A DNA stretch of 63,143 nt, filler included. It is 4 parts of 4 records of this genome, joined end to end, with 100 filler letters (N's around TTAATTAATTAA, not from the genome) between each part and the next. Parts side by side here need not be neighbours in the genome. Positions count along the whole stretch, not along the records: positions 1 to 13,074 come from DRR723986_5246; positions 13,175 to 33,500 come from DRR723986_5247; 2 more parts are not named here. One strand, written 5' to 3'. Below are positions 9,047 through 18,303 of this stretch, piece by piece. Made by a program: the position numbers and the translations under genes. Below the pieces are notes generated by a model that did not search any database, had not been told where the DNA came from, and worked only from the letters and a program-made list of their open reading frames with translations. The number at the start of each line of letters is the position of its first letter. The first letter of the stretch is position 1.

Positions 9047-9898
9047 ATGCGATTCCCAACAGGAAAACTTGGTGTATGCATTCTGTTTCTGTCGCTTGTG
9101 TTCTCTGATTCAATCTTCGCACAGGCCGTCAATCAGACTGATATGAGCAGCTCAGAACCGCTAACCTCGGTCCTGGCCTCAGATTTACTCAGCACGGCAG
9201 AGGACCTGGTTGGATTTGCCACCAGCCCGGCCTCATTCACAGTCGAAGACTGGATGCTTCTGGGTGTTGCGGGTGTCGGGGTCGGTTTTGCCTGGCAATA
9301 TGATGAACGTCTGGATGCGCACGTGCCGAGCACTTCTTCCGGGCTGTTTCGTGTCAGCGATTACTATGGCGACCTGCGCCTGGGCCAAGGTTTAACAGCA
9401 GTGTTTTACGTTACGGGTCTGGTAACGCAGGACGAAAAATTGCGCCGTACCGGACGGCGCTTGTTTAAGACAATCCTGTACTCAGGAATGATAACTTCTG
9501 TTCTCAAGTATTCGGTTGGTCGTGCACGTCCCTACACCAACAGGGGCGCCAATAGCATGGATTCATTTACGGGCGGCGCCGATTTAGCCTCATTTCCATC
9601 CGGCCACACAACGGTGGCATTTGCGGTTTCAGCCATTCTTGCCGACCATTTTGATCATCCTCTGGCGAGTATTGCACTGTACACGACCGCCGGTTTAACT
9701 GGCTACAGCCGCATGTTGTACAACAAACATTGGTTTTCGGATGTATTGGCCGCAGCAGTAATTGGCTATGGCACGGGGCAGCTTGTGCTGCGCCTGGAGG
9801 GCGACGAAGACAGCCAGGTGCCACTGAGTGGTGCGCGCAAACTTGAATTTGGAATTGTTCCAACTTTGGACGGAGTTAGTCTCTGGATGAGTTTTTGA
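9047..9898 (+). CDS. PAP2-family phosphatase
   Basis: KYSVGRARP, SFPSGH and SRMLYNKHWFSD motifs; ATG at 9047 after GGAG; signal-like N-terminus. Confidence 0.92.
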   Translation: MRFPTGKLGVCILFLSLVFSDSIFAQAVNQTDMSSSEPLTSVLASDLLSTAEDLVGFATSPASFTVEDWMLLGVAGVGVGFAWQYDERLDAHVPSTSSGLFRVSDYYGDLRLGQGLTAVFYVTGLVTQDEKLRRTGRRLFKTILYSGMITSVLKYSVGRARPYTNRGANSMDSFTGGADLASFPSGHTTVAFAVSAILADHFDHPLASIALYTTAGLTGYSRMLYNKHWFSDVLAAAVIGYGTGQLVLRLEGDEDSQVPLSGARKLEFGIVPTLDGVSLWMSF

Positions 9899-10045
9899 AT
9901 GCATTAACCGCAAATTCAGGGAAGAATAACACGAGCTGGAGTGACCTCAAAAGTTGTCCAACGCATTGTTGTTAATATTGAATTTTCGCGCGCGAAGTTA
10001 AACAACTCATTGGAGTGATGTGCTTGTGTTTAAGCGTGTGCCGGC

Positions 10046-10792
10046 TCAGAAACGTATTCCGACGCCGCCACCTATATGCCAGTGGTCCATACGGATTTCG
10101 GATTGCGGGAACATTTCGGGGTTTTCGCCAGGGTCGGTGGTGCTGGGGCCGACGGTAAAATCTCCGACCTTGCGATACTGCACGTTGACCTCAATCAGAA
10201 ATGGTTTAGCCACGGCATATCTTAGACCAAAGTCCAGGATCAAGCCAAGTCTGGTCCCGGAGAACGAACTTCTGTATACCGGTGAGTCAGGTGTAACAGA
10301 GGACGTTGTATGTGACTGTGTGGCATCCATGAAATAGAGGGCCGGACCAACCCCGACGCGCAGCACGTCTGCGGCGTGCAGTGATACAAGCTGGCCGACA
10401 AACAAACTTGCCTGCTTAATATTCAATTCCGAGCGGTTGTCAATGCTGAGGCCGATTGTCTCACCGAGGTCTGCATTGCCAAATTGAAAACTCGTGGAAA
10501 AGCCCTTGGTGACTTTGTATTCGACATTAAGCATCAGCGAACGAATCTCGACACAGGAATATGGGAATCTTGTGTTGGTTCCAGCCAGGAATCCACTTCT
10601 TATAGCGCCGAACCTTGCGCGCCGCATTGCACTTTCGAGATCCCGGCTCGGCCCGGCGACTGTCTGTCCCAGGAAAAGCGTGGCGGACCAACGCTGTAAC
10701 TTTTGATTGTCCGGATTGGCGTCATTCGGCGATTCTTGCGCAAAAATGGCGATTGGGGCAAAAAACAGTATCAAAGCAGTCAGGCACTTCAT
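10046..10792 (-). CDS. Outer-membrane beta-barrel protein
   Basis: Signal peptide; alternating beta strands; C-terminal HIGGGVGIRF ending in Phe. Confidence 0.75.
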   Translation of the reverse strand: MKCLTALILFFAPIAIFAQESPNDANPDNQKLQRWSATLFLGQTVAGPSRDLESAMRRARFGAIRSGFLAGTNTRFPYSCVEIRSLMLNVEYKVTKGFSTSFQFGNADLGETIGLSIDNRSELNIKQASLFVGQLVSLHAADVLRVGVGPALYFMDATQSHTTSSVTPDSPVYRSSFSGTRLGLILDFGLRYAVAKPFLIEVNVQYRKVGDFTVGPSTTDPGENPEMFPQSEIRMDHWHIGGGVGIRF

Positions 10793-11098
10793 GAGAAACT
10801 CCGTACTCGGCTCGGCGAGTTGTGTGTTGCTGCTGCGGTGTAATTATGCAGTTCCTGAAAATGCAGCAATATGTGCGCCTGCCGGTGTAGAGCATTGGTA
10901 AAAGTGCGGCAGGAGCATGGCAAAGGAAGGTAAGCAGAATTGCGATAACAGGCAATTATCTGGAATCTTGCACACCTGAACTGCGCTTCGGCATGTCCAT
11001 TATCTGAACGATCTACAAGCCTGTTGAGTAGTTTGAAATATTCCTTATCTTTGCTCCCGCAAGTCATGTTTGTTTAAGTATTGAAAGGGAAAAATGAT

Positions 11099-11401
11099 AT
11101 GTCAAATGCGAATCCTGAAGACATTGTAGGTGCAATTACCGGAACAGTAAAAGACCAAGATGGTGAGGGGCTACCCGGTGTCGTTGTCCAGGTCGAATCT
11201 CCGGACTTAAATGATGAGCGTATAGCTGTGTCACGCGCAAACGGTGACTTCCTGTTCAGATTACTTCCGCCTGGGAATTACACACTTACTGCTACAATGA
11301 CCGGCTTTAACACGTATAGGCGGTCGGATATCGTAGTCGGAATTGGTAAGACTGTAAACGTTGCTGTCGTCATGACTCCTCAGACAATGCGTGAGGGCTA
11401 A
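11099..11401 (+). CDS. Stand-alone carboxypeptidase-regulatory-like domain protein
   Basis: GAITGTVKDQDGEGLPGVVV...SRANGDFLF...LPPGNYTLTATMTGF; RBS AAAGGGA; no signal peptide. Confidence 0.88.
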   Translation: MSNANPEDIVGAITGTVKDQDGEGLPGVVVQVESPDLNDERIAVSRANGDFLFRLLPPGNYTLTATMTGFNTYRRSDIVVGIGKTVNVAVVMTPQTMREG

Positions 11402-11699
11402 ACACGGACGCCCGACGCTGAATTGTGCGCCGGTTGGGCCTGACGCCCAGCTAATTCTGGCTTGTTTCTTTCTCACCGCAATTAACATTCTAACGCGGTG
11501 ACAAACAGAAGAAAAAAAGCCAGCCGCCAAGTGTAATGCAGGAGGCGCAGCGTCGGCCTTTTTGCGCTTTAAACAGTCCTGTTTGACCTAAGCGCGAGAA
11601 TGAGTCTCAGGTTTCGTGAACAATGTAATTGTAACAGTCCAACACGAGAAGCTTGGTCCTTTTGTTCATCACAGTCATGTCGATTTTGTTAAAGTGAGG

Positions 11700-11992
11700 T
11701 TGATTAAGTCCCAAGATTTGTCCGACCAGCCGAGTGGTGTGATACATGGATGTGTTAAGACCTTCATCGGTCAAGCAATCGGCGAGGTTCAAATCCTCGC
11801 GGAATTGAATATGACTCCAGACTTGCATCACTGAGCAAAGCCGATGGTACCTACAAGTTTACGAACCTGCCCGAAGGGGTATTTGACCTTGTAGCCCAGA
11901 GGAGCGGATAGATTTATTCAAGATTACCAAGTGTGCCGGTACTTTCAGGCGAAAGTACACCACTGGATTTTACACTGTTAGCGGAAGAATAA
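11700..11992 (+). pseudogene. Third carboxypeptidase-regulatory-like paralog, with a frameshift and an internal stop
   Basis: One frame gives SGVIHGCVKTFIGQAIGEVQILA; after a shift near 11800 another frame gives GIEYDSRLASLSKADGTYKFTNLPEGVFDLVAQRSG*IYSRLPSVPVLSGESTPLDFTLLAEE*; TAG at 11909-11911; start uncertain. Confidence 0.8.
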
Positions 11993-12039
11993 CAGTTGAC
12001 AAGAATTGCAGTCTATGCTGAAGCACTCTGACGGAGCTT

Positions 12040-13074
12040 TTACGTTGGATTCGTCGATACTGATTGAAAGCCAAAAATTTCTTTGCCTTCCAACTCTCGA
12101 ATCTTCTCGAAGAATTCAAAGCTGGGCCTGACGCTCACCACGGTTTCAAACCAATGTAAAGCCAGGCGCCTGAATTTTTCTGATTTTGAAGCATCGCCCG
12201 CATCAAGGTGAAGTTTCCAGAGTTGAAAATACGTCTCGGCTTTTAGGGCCTGTTCACTGCTGTTTTCGGCGAGTGCTTCGAGTCTTTCCGTGGAATGTGT
12301 TAATGCTGCAGATCTGGAACTGTCTGATTCGTGGCAATGATATTCCGCCAGGATCAGAAACATGTGTGCGAAGGTGACATTTGTGTGAAATTGAAATGAT
12401 TCAGCATGATTCATGGCTTCCTGGGCGTAATGCCGCGCCTTTTTCCATTTGCATTGTTTCAGGAAGATGTGCGCAATTCCGGTAGTCGTCTCGGCTATAT
12501 GGCTGACGTTGGGTGTCGCTTTTGCTTCTTCCAGTGCTTCCAGCAAATGCTTCAGTGCCAGGTCATGTTTTGACATTGCGATGTAAAGTACACCCAGCAA
12601 GCGGTTCGTGTGTGCCAGCATATACGAACCCAAATTTTTTGCATTGGCCTGCATACTTAACAATTGCTTTTCAGCATTTGCATATTCGCCTTGATGTTTA
12701 TACCACATAGAGCGTACAAAGTAGTTTGTGTTTAACATTAATGGGTTGTTGTGCTGATATGCCATGTCCTGCTGTTGCTCCAACAGTTCCCACGCTTCGT
12801 CGTAGTTACCAATAATCACACAAATTCGCGCCTGAAAGTTAAGGCTGTACATCGTCGTTTCTACATCGCCGATAGCCGCGCTGATTTTTTGACTTGATCG
12901 CAGATATTCAAAGGCCAGCGGATAGCGGTGTTCATATGCGTGCGAATTGGCGATAGAATTGAGCGTGATGGCTATGCCGCGTTTGTTTCCGAGCATTTTG
13001 TGTAATACCATCGACCGCTCCAGAAACTCCCGGCCTTTCTGAAATGAATCTTCATGAAGATTCAGAATTCCAAG
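12040..13074 (-). CDS. TPR-repeat protein, C-terminal part (5' truncated by contig end)
   Basis: Frame stays open from the contig edge at 13074; TPR-like repeats (LGNKRGIAITLNSIA..., TNRLLGVLYIAMSKHDLALKHL). Confidence 0.85.
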   Translation of the reverse strand, partial: LGILNLHEDSFQKGREFLERSMVLHKMLGNKRGIAITLNSIANSHAYEHRYPLAFEYLRSSQKISAAIGDVETTMYSLNFQARICVIIGNYDEAWELLEQQQDMAYQHNNPLMLNTNYFVRSMWYKHQGEYANAEKQLLSMQANAKNLGSYMLAHTNRLLGVLYIAMSKHDLALKHLLEALEEAKATPNVSHIAETTTGIAHIFLKQCKWKKARHYAQEAMNHAESFQFHTNVTFAHMFLILAEYHCHESDSSRSAALTHSTERLEALAENSSEQALKAETYFQLWKLHLDAGDASKSEKFRRLALHWFETVVSVRPSFEFFEKIRELEGKEIFGFQSVSTNPT

Positions 13075-13174
13075 NNNNNNNNNNNNNNNNNNNNNNNNNN
13101 NNNNNNNNNNNNNNNNNNTTAATTAATTAANNNNNNNNNNNNNNNNNNNNNNNNNNNNNNNNNNNNNNNNNNNN
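13075..13174. other. Artificial contig linker
   Basis: N44-TTAATTAATTAA-N44; stops in all six frames. Confidence 0.99.
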
Positions 13175-13693
13175 GACACCTCCGAGCTGTTCTTCCAGGA
13201 TGTGCGCGTCTCCAAAGACCAGCTCCTTGGCGAAGAAGGCATGGGCTTTGTGTACCTCATGCAGGACCTGCCGCAGGAACGCTTGAGCGTTGCCATTAAC
13301 GCCGTTGCCAATGCTAAGTCGGTGTTGGAACAAACTGTCGAGTACGTAAAAGAGCGCAAGGCTTTCGGCAAGAGTATCGCCACCTTCCAGAACACCCAGT
13401 TCAAGCTGGCGGAAATGGATACCGACATTACGGTGGCCGAAGCCTATATGGATCGCTGCCTGGAGCTTCATATCAACAAGCAGTTCGACTCCGTCGCTGC
13501 CGCGAAATGCAAGCTGATGGCCACCGACCTGCAATGCAAGGTCATTGATGAGTGCCTGCAATTGCACGGCGGTTACGGCTTCATGTGGGAGTACCCAGTG
13601 GCGCGTGCATTTGCCGACTCGCGCGTGCAGCGCATCTATGCGGGCACCAATGAGATTATGAAGCTCATCATCGGTCGCGAGCTCGTTAAATAA
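13175..13693 (+). CDS. Acyl-CoA dehydrogenase, C-terminal fragment
   Basis: DTSELFFQDVRV, ERKAFGKSI, CLQLHGGYGFMWEY, IYAGTNEIMK. Confidence 0.95.
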   Translation, partial: DTSELFFQDVRVSKDQLLGEEGMGFVYLMQDLPQERLSVAINAVANAKSVLEQTVEYVKERKAFGKSIATFQNTQFKLAEMDTDITVAEAYMDRCLELHINKQFDSVAAAKCKLMATDLQCKVIDECLQLHGGYGFMWEYPVARAFADSRVQRIYAGTNEIMKLIIGRELVK

Positions 13694-13698
13694 CAGCC

Positions 13699-13734
13699 TA
13701 CCGCTCGGGGCTGCACCAGTGGCCCCGAGCGGTA
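13699..13734 (+). terminator. Intrinsic terminator hairpin
   Basis: TACCGCTCGGGGC...GCCCCGAGCGGTA followed by TTT. Confidence 0.75.
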
Positions 13735-13764
13735 TTTGCCCTTCGCGATAAGATAACCCACACT

Positions 13765-14574
13765 TTGACGATGCGCTCGTCAATCACATCACTCCCTCCC
13801 CAACTGATTCACGCATTTACCGGTCCCCACTGTGCCGGAAATCCAGCCTGGGTCGTACCCGTTCAGCCAACGGCAGACATTCACGCAACGGCAGCGCAAT
13901 ATCTTGCTCGGCCCGGCGCGACGGCGTGTGCGCTTTTGCTGCCGACTACACACCGCAACAGCTCTATCACGCTTCGCAGCTTCGGCCCTTCTGGGGAAAT
14001 TCAGCTCTGTGGGCACGCCCTGCTCTGTGCTGCCCACTGGCTGTGGTCACTCGGTAAGCAAGAGCCATTGCATTTCGATCTCCCCGCCTGTCAGCAACAC
14101 ATTCGCGCCACGCGATTACGCGATGAAACGTGCCTGGCGCTGCCCAGTAATAATTACCGGCTTTGCAACCCACCTGAGGGACTGGCAACGCTGATCGGGC
14201 AACGGATATTGCGGTGCGCACGAAGCACTTCTCTGCCCGGCAGCCTTATCGTCGAGTTGCACAGTGAGTCAGCCGTGCAAGACGTGCAGCTCAACGCCGC
14301 GGCACTTATGCAGCTAACAACAGACTGCGTACTGATAACGGCCAGAAGTCATCGACCGGGCATTGATGTCGTCAGCCGCTACTTCACACCCGCATACGGC
14401 GCCCTTGAGGACCCTGCCACAGGTTCAGCTCACTGTTTAATTGCCAATTGGTGGCGCGGACGATTGGGCTCACGCCCACTACGCTGCTGGCAGGCATCGC
14501 CACAGGGCGGCTGGCTGAAAGCCCAACATATGGGTAGTTCAACACGCATATGGGGAAAGTGCTCTACACTGTAA
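13765..14574 (+). CDS. PhzF-family (diaminopimelate-epimerase-like) protein
   Basis: HAFT...GNPA, EIQLCGHA, SRYF...EDPATGSAH; start uncertain. Confidence 0.88.
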   Translation: MTMRSSITSLPPQLIHAFTGPHCAGNPAWVVPVQPTADIHATAAQYLARPGATACALLLPTTHRNSSITLRSFGPSGEIQLCGHALLCAAHWLWSLGKQEPLHFDLPACQQHIRATRLRDETCLALPSNNYRLCNPPEGLATLIGQRILRCARSTSLPGSLIVELHSESAVQDVQLNAAALMQLTTDCVLITARSHRPGIDVVSRYFTPAYGALEDPATGSAHCLIANWWRGRLGSRPLRCWQASPQGGWLKAQHMGSSTRIWGKCSTL

Positions 14575-14590
14575 CCAATGTGTAGCCTTG

Positions 14591-14680
14591 GCAGGTGACT
14601 ATTTAGAAAGTGGTTATTTAGCAAGTGGCTAGTTGTAAGTGTTGCGAGTGACTAGTGGCTATTTGGCGAGTAACTAAGTT
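14591..14680 (+). repeat. Degenerate 15-bp tandem repeat (6 units) upstream of egtB
   Basis: GCAGGTGACTATTTA / GAAAGTGGTTATTTA / GCAAGTGGCTAGTTG / TAAGTGTTGCGAGTG / ACTAGTGGCTATTTG / GCGAGTAACTAAGTT. Confidence 0.75.
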
Positions 14681-14718
14681 CCCCCTATAACAGAAGAGCG
14701 ACCCCGCGGGAGCAACGA

Positions 14719-15993
14719 ATGCTCGATCACCCTAGGTCGGATCACGGCGACCTTACAGAACCTACATCGCTTGAGCACCGGTACCAGCGATGCCGCGACG
14801 AAACCCTTGCGCTCGTTGCGAGCTTGAGTGATGAAGACTGCCAGTTGCAATCCATGCCCGATGCCAGCCCGGCCAAATGGCATCTGGCACACAGCAGTTG
14901 GTTCTTTGAAACCTTTATCCTGCAAGCCCAATTACCGGATTATCAGTCTTTCCATCCCAGTTACGCCGAACTGTTTAATAGCTACTACAACGCGATTGGC
15001 AAACAGTTTAGTCGCCCCCATCGCGGTCTGCTGTCGCGGCCTTCACTCGCTGACATTACGCGTTATCGCGCCCACGTCGATCGGCATATCCGTGCCCTTA
15101 TACGCGGTCCTCAGCACGACCCCGGCCCCTTGCTGATCTTGGGCATCCAGCACGAAAAGCAGCACCAGGAGTTGCTGCTTATGGACATCAAACATGCCTT
15201 TCATCAAAACCCGCTGTACCCGGCCTATCAGCCAATCCCAACCAACACTGGGGCGTCGCAACACGCAGCGCTCAGTTGGTCATGTTTTGACGGCGGGCTG
15301 GTCTGCATCGGCGACACCTGCAACGAATTCAGCTTCGACAACGAACGCCCCCAGCACAAGGTTTGGCTTAACCCCTTCGAGCTTGCCAACCGGCCGGTAA
15401 GCAACGGTGAATTCGCCGAGTTTATTGCCGATGGGGGCTACCAACGACCAGAGCACTGGTTATCCGATGGTTGGGCACAACTGCAAGACACCGGGCGAGG
15501 TGCACCGCACTACTGGCATCTGCGTGATGGCCAGTGGTGGGAGTTCACCCTGGCAGGCCTACACCCTCTGCAAGCCGCCTCTTCGGCCTGCCACCTGAAT
15601 TTTTATGAAGCCACCGCCTACGCTCATTGGGCGGGCGCCCGCCTGCCTACCGAGCAGGAATGGGAACATGCCAGTCGCGCCCTTCCAGTAGCAGGACACT
15701 TTGCAAACCGCGCCCGCTATCACCCAGAGGCGGCTCAGCACACCCCGTTAGCGCAAATGTTTGGCGATGTCTGGGAATGGACAAACAGCAGTTACCTACC
15801 CTACCCGGGGTTCACGCCCTTTGCTGGCGACGCGGGGGAATACAACGGCAAATTTATGTCTGGCCAATTCGTATTACGCGGGGGCTCCTGCCTCAGCCCC
15901 GACGACCATCTTCGCCATAGTTACCGCAATTTCTTCTACCCACACCAATATTGGCAATGCGCGGGCCTACGACTCGCTCGCGACCTGACATAA
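14719..15993 (+). CDS. egtB: Ergothioneine biosynthesis sulfoxide synthase
   Basis: DinB-like QSMPDASPAKWHLAH and QHEKQHQE iron ligands; NSYY; FGE-sulfatase domain (RLPTEQEWE, GDVWEW); adjacent to egtD. Confidence 0.93.
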   Translation: MLDHPRSDHGDLTEPTSLEHRYQRCRDETLALVASLSDEDCQLQSMPDASPAKWHLAHSSWFFETFILQAQLPDYQSFHPSYAELFNSYYNAIGKQFSRPHRGLLSRPSLADITRYRAHVDRHIRALIRGPQHDPGPLLILGIQHEKQHQELLLMDIKHAFHQNPLYPAYQPIPTNTGASQHAALSWSCFDGGLVCIGDTCNEFSFDNERPQHKVWLNPFELANRPVSNGEFAEFIADGGYQRPEHWLSDGWAQLQDTGRGAPHYWHLRDGQWWEFTLAGLHPLQAASSACHLNFYEATAYAHWAGARLPTEQEWEHASRALPVAGHFANRARYHPEAAQHTPLAQMFGDVWEWTNSSYLPYPGFTPFAGDAGEYNGKFMSGQFVLRGGSCLSPDDHLRHSYRNFFYPHQYWQCAGLRLARDLT

Positions 15994-15999
15994 ACCATA

Positions 16000-16992
16000 A
16001 TGACAACAGGAACTGCTATGCCTTCTACACTCGCCAAAGAACGCACGCTGGACGACCAATACCACACCTTTTTACACGACGTTATTCACGGCCTGCGACA
16101 AGCTCAGAAGACCCTGCCCTGCAAGTATTTTTACGACGCTCGCGGCTCGCGCCTATTCGAAGAAATTTGCCTGCTCGACGAATATTACCTAACCCGCACC
16201 GAATACAGCATCCTGCGCAGTAGCGGTAAGAGTATCGCCAAAGCGCTGAGCACCTACACCGAAATCATCGAGCCTGGCGCCGGCAGTTGCCAAAAAGTAC
16301 AGCTGCTACTCAAACAGTTACCGACTTTACCTCGCTACATTCCGCTGGAGATATCCGTCGACGCCTTGGAGCACGCGATCACAACCTTGAAAGAGCGCTT
16401 CCCGACATTGCGGGTTCAACCAGTTGCCGGCGACTTCACCGCCCAGGCCTGCCTCGATGAAGTCAGCACGCTTTGCCAGTCTGGCCGCCGCCTCGTGTTC
16501 TTTCCCGGCTCGACCATCGGCAACTTTAACCGCACTGAAGCACTGGGCGTACTCCGCTCACTAAAAGCCCTGGCTGGCCCATCAGGTGCATTGCTGTTAG
16601 GCGCCGACCTGATAAAAGATCGACAGCGGCTGCTGGCCGCCTATGACGACAAGCGCGGTGTCACGGCAGAGTTCAACAAGAATATTCTGCGGCGCATTAA
16701 TCACGATTTGAACGCCAACTTCGATGTTGACGATGGCTTTAAACACCGGGCCATCTTCAACGAAGGACTCAGCCGTATCGAAATGCAGCTGGTCGCCTGC
16801 CGAGAGCAAACCGTTAACGTGGCAGGTGAAAAGATGGACTTTCACCGCGGCGAGGTCATCCATACGGAAAATTCGCATAAGTACAGCGAACAAAGTATTG
16901 CCGAGTTGGCATCAGCGGCAGATATGGAAATTCACCGGGTCTGGAAAGACCCTCAAGGTGACTTTGGCGTATTCTTACTCGGCCAGAAATAA
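16000..16992 (+). CDS. egtD: L-histidine N-alpha-methyltransferase
   Basis: KTLPCKYFYDARGSRLFEEIC, EYYLTRTE, FPGSTIGN, AYDD..GVT, IHTENSHKY. Confidence 0.95.
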   Translation: MTTGTAMPSTLAKERTLDDQYHTFLHDVIHGLRQAQKTLPCKYFYDARGSRLFEEICLLDEYYLTRTEYSILRSSGKSIAKALSTYTEIIEPGAGSCQKVQLLLKQLPTLPRYIPLEISVDALEHAITTLKERFPTLRVQPVAGDFTAQACLDEVSTLCQSGRRLVFFPGSTIGNFNRTEALGVLRSLKALAGPSGALLLGADLIKDRQRLLAAYDDKRGVTAEFNKNILRRINHDLNANFDVDDGFKHRAIFNEGLSRIEMQLVACREQTVNVAGEKMDFHRGEVIHTENSHKYSEQSIAELASAADMEIHRVWKDPQGDFGVFLLGQK

Positions 16993-17057
16993 GCGCACAA
17001 ATCCTTGAGACGCTGTGCGCCTTCATTGACAATACCTGCCTCAAAATACTCGGCAGA

Positions 17058-17735
17058 TTGATCTTGGAAACACCCAGCGACAATTGGCGGTCTCACACTA
17101 GCTCGGCTCACTTTACACTGCAGTGGCCCGAGCCACGACCGTGTTTAAGCTCAGCAGTATTGAATGGTGGGCTGGTCAGCGCGCGGTCACTTATCAACCT
17201 GCGCGTCGAGCGCGACGCCAATGTCCCTTTGCACACCCCGGAACAAAGTCTCCAGCAAGCTCAGCAGCGCCTTCAACTTCCCGACACCTGTGTCGGTATG
17301 ATGACCGCAGCCTCAATGGCGTCACTGCGCCAGTCACACAGCCACATCTACGGGGAAGCGCTTGCTGTTTATGTTAGCTGCGGACTGAGCAACGCACGCC
17401 GCGCCGGCGACCCCTGCGACTGGAAGCTCACCCAAGCCATGCCTGTCGGCACTATCAACAGCGTTGTTATCGCCGACCTGAGTTTTTCAACGGCGGGCAT
17501 GGTGGAGCTCCACAGCTTAATCAGCGAAGCCAAGGCTGCGGTGCTGCAAGACATGAATATTCGCAGCCCGGTATCAGGGCAAATTGCCACAGGAACCGGC
17601 ACCGACGCCTGCGCAATAATTAGTGGTAGCGGCGCCCCTGTGCGTTGGCTGGGAAAACACACTGACATTGGCGAGCACATTGCCCGCCAGTATATGGATG
17701 CACTGCGCAGCAGTATCGACGCCTTCTATTGCTAG
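17058..17735 (+). CDS. cbiZ: Adenosylcobinamide amidohydrolase family protein
   Basis: LSSAVLNGG, VGMMTAA, GLSNA, GTIN, EAKAAVL, ATGTGTD motifs; TTG start uncertain. Confidence 0.82.
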   Translation: MILETPSDNWRSHTSSAHFTLQWPEPRPCLSSAVLNGGLVSARSLINLRVERDANVPLHTPEQSLQQAQQRLQLPDTCVGMMTAASMASLRQSHSHIYGEALAVYVSCGLSNARRAGDPCDWKLTQAMPVGTINSVVIADLSFSTAGMVELHSLISEAKAAVLQDMNIRSPVSGQIATGTGTDACAIISGSGAPVRWLGKHTDIGEHIARQYMDALRSSIDAFYC

Positions 17736-17768
17736 CAATCGCAATTGTTCGCACACGGAACTGACCGA

Positions 17769-18278
17769 TTACTCGCCGCTACTTGCCTTCGCCGCGCGCT
17801 TTGCTATTTTTTTCTCTTCGCGGCGGCGCGCGAAAAAAGCCTGCACCTGCGCGCTCGCCTGCTCAGCCAGCACGCCGCCCTGCCACTGAACCCGGTGATT
17901 CATTTGCGCCTGATCAAATAACTGCAAATGGCTACTCACCGCACCTGCCTTAGGTTCACTGGCGCCAAACACCAGTCGCGCCACCCGACTGTGAATGATC
18001 GCGCCCGCGCACATAGCGCATGGCTCAATGGTGACGTATAGGGTTGCGCCCGGCAGGCGGTAATTTTCAACGTTAACGGCGGCCTGGCGCAGGGCAATAA
18101 TCTCCGCATGGGCGCAGGGATCATGCCCGGAAATCGGGCTGTTATAGCCCTCACCCAAGACAACGCCGTCGCGTACCACCAACGCACCAACCGGCACCTC
18201 ATTGAGTTTTTCCGCACGCTCTGCCAATAACAGGGCTTGTTGCATCCAGTATTCGTCGTCGTGCAAAGCTTCTAACAC
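17769..18278 (-). CDS. tadA: tRNA adenosine(34) deaminase
   Basis: EVPVGA, HAE, TIEPCAMC. Confidence 0.95.
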   Translation of the reverse strand: MLEALHDDEYWMQQALLLAERAEKLNEVPVGALVVRDGVVLGEGYNSPISGHDPCAHAEIIALRQAAVNVENYRLPGATLYVTIEPCAMCAGAIIHSRVARLVFGASEPKAGAVSSHLQLFDQAQMNHRVQWQGGVLAEQASAQVQAFFARRREEKKIAKRAAKASSGE

Positions 18279-18303
18279 CCTTATATTTATCGTGGCAACA
18301 CCG

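Noticed and set aside
11909-11911. TAG readthrough (pyrrolysine or recoding)
   Set aside because: The same gene also has a frameshift, TAG ends another gene in this contig (2791-3141), and no pyl genes are visible
13045-13064. Perfect 20-bp palindrome TGAATCTTCATGAAGATTCA
   Set aside because: Inside an open TPR coding frame near the contig end, with no other support
13075-13174. TTAATTAATTAA within N runs (also at 33501-33600 and 53145-53244) as a biological repeat
   Set aside because: Identical synthetic linker; genes are cut at each side and the apparent taxonomy changes, so no cross-linker gene context was used
14591-14680. CRISPR array
   Set aside because: 15-bp abutting units, no spacers, no cas genes
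14719-15993. Selenoneine (senA) or ovothiol (ovoA) synthase
   Set aside because: No senB or selD neighbours and no C-terminal methyltransferase domain; it is paired with egtD
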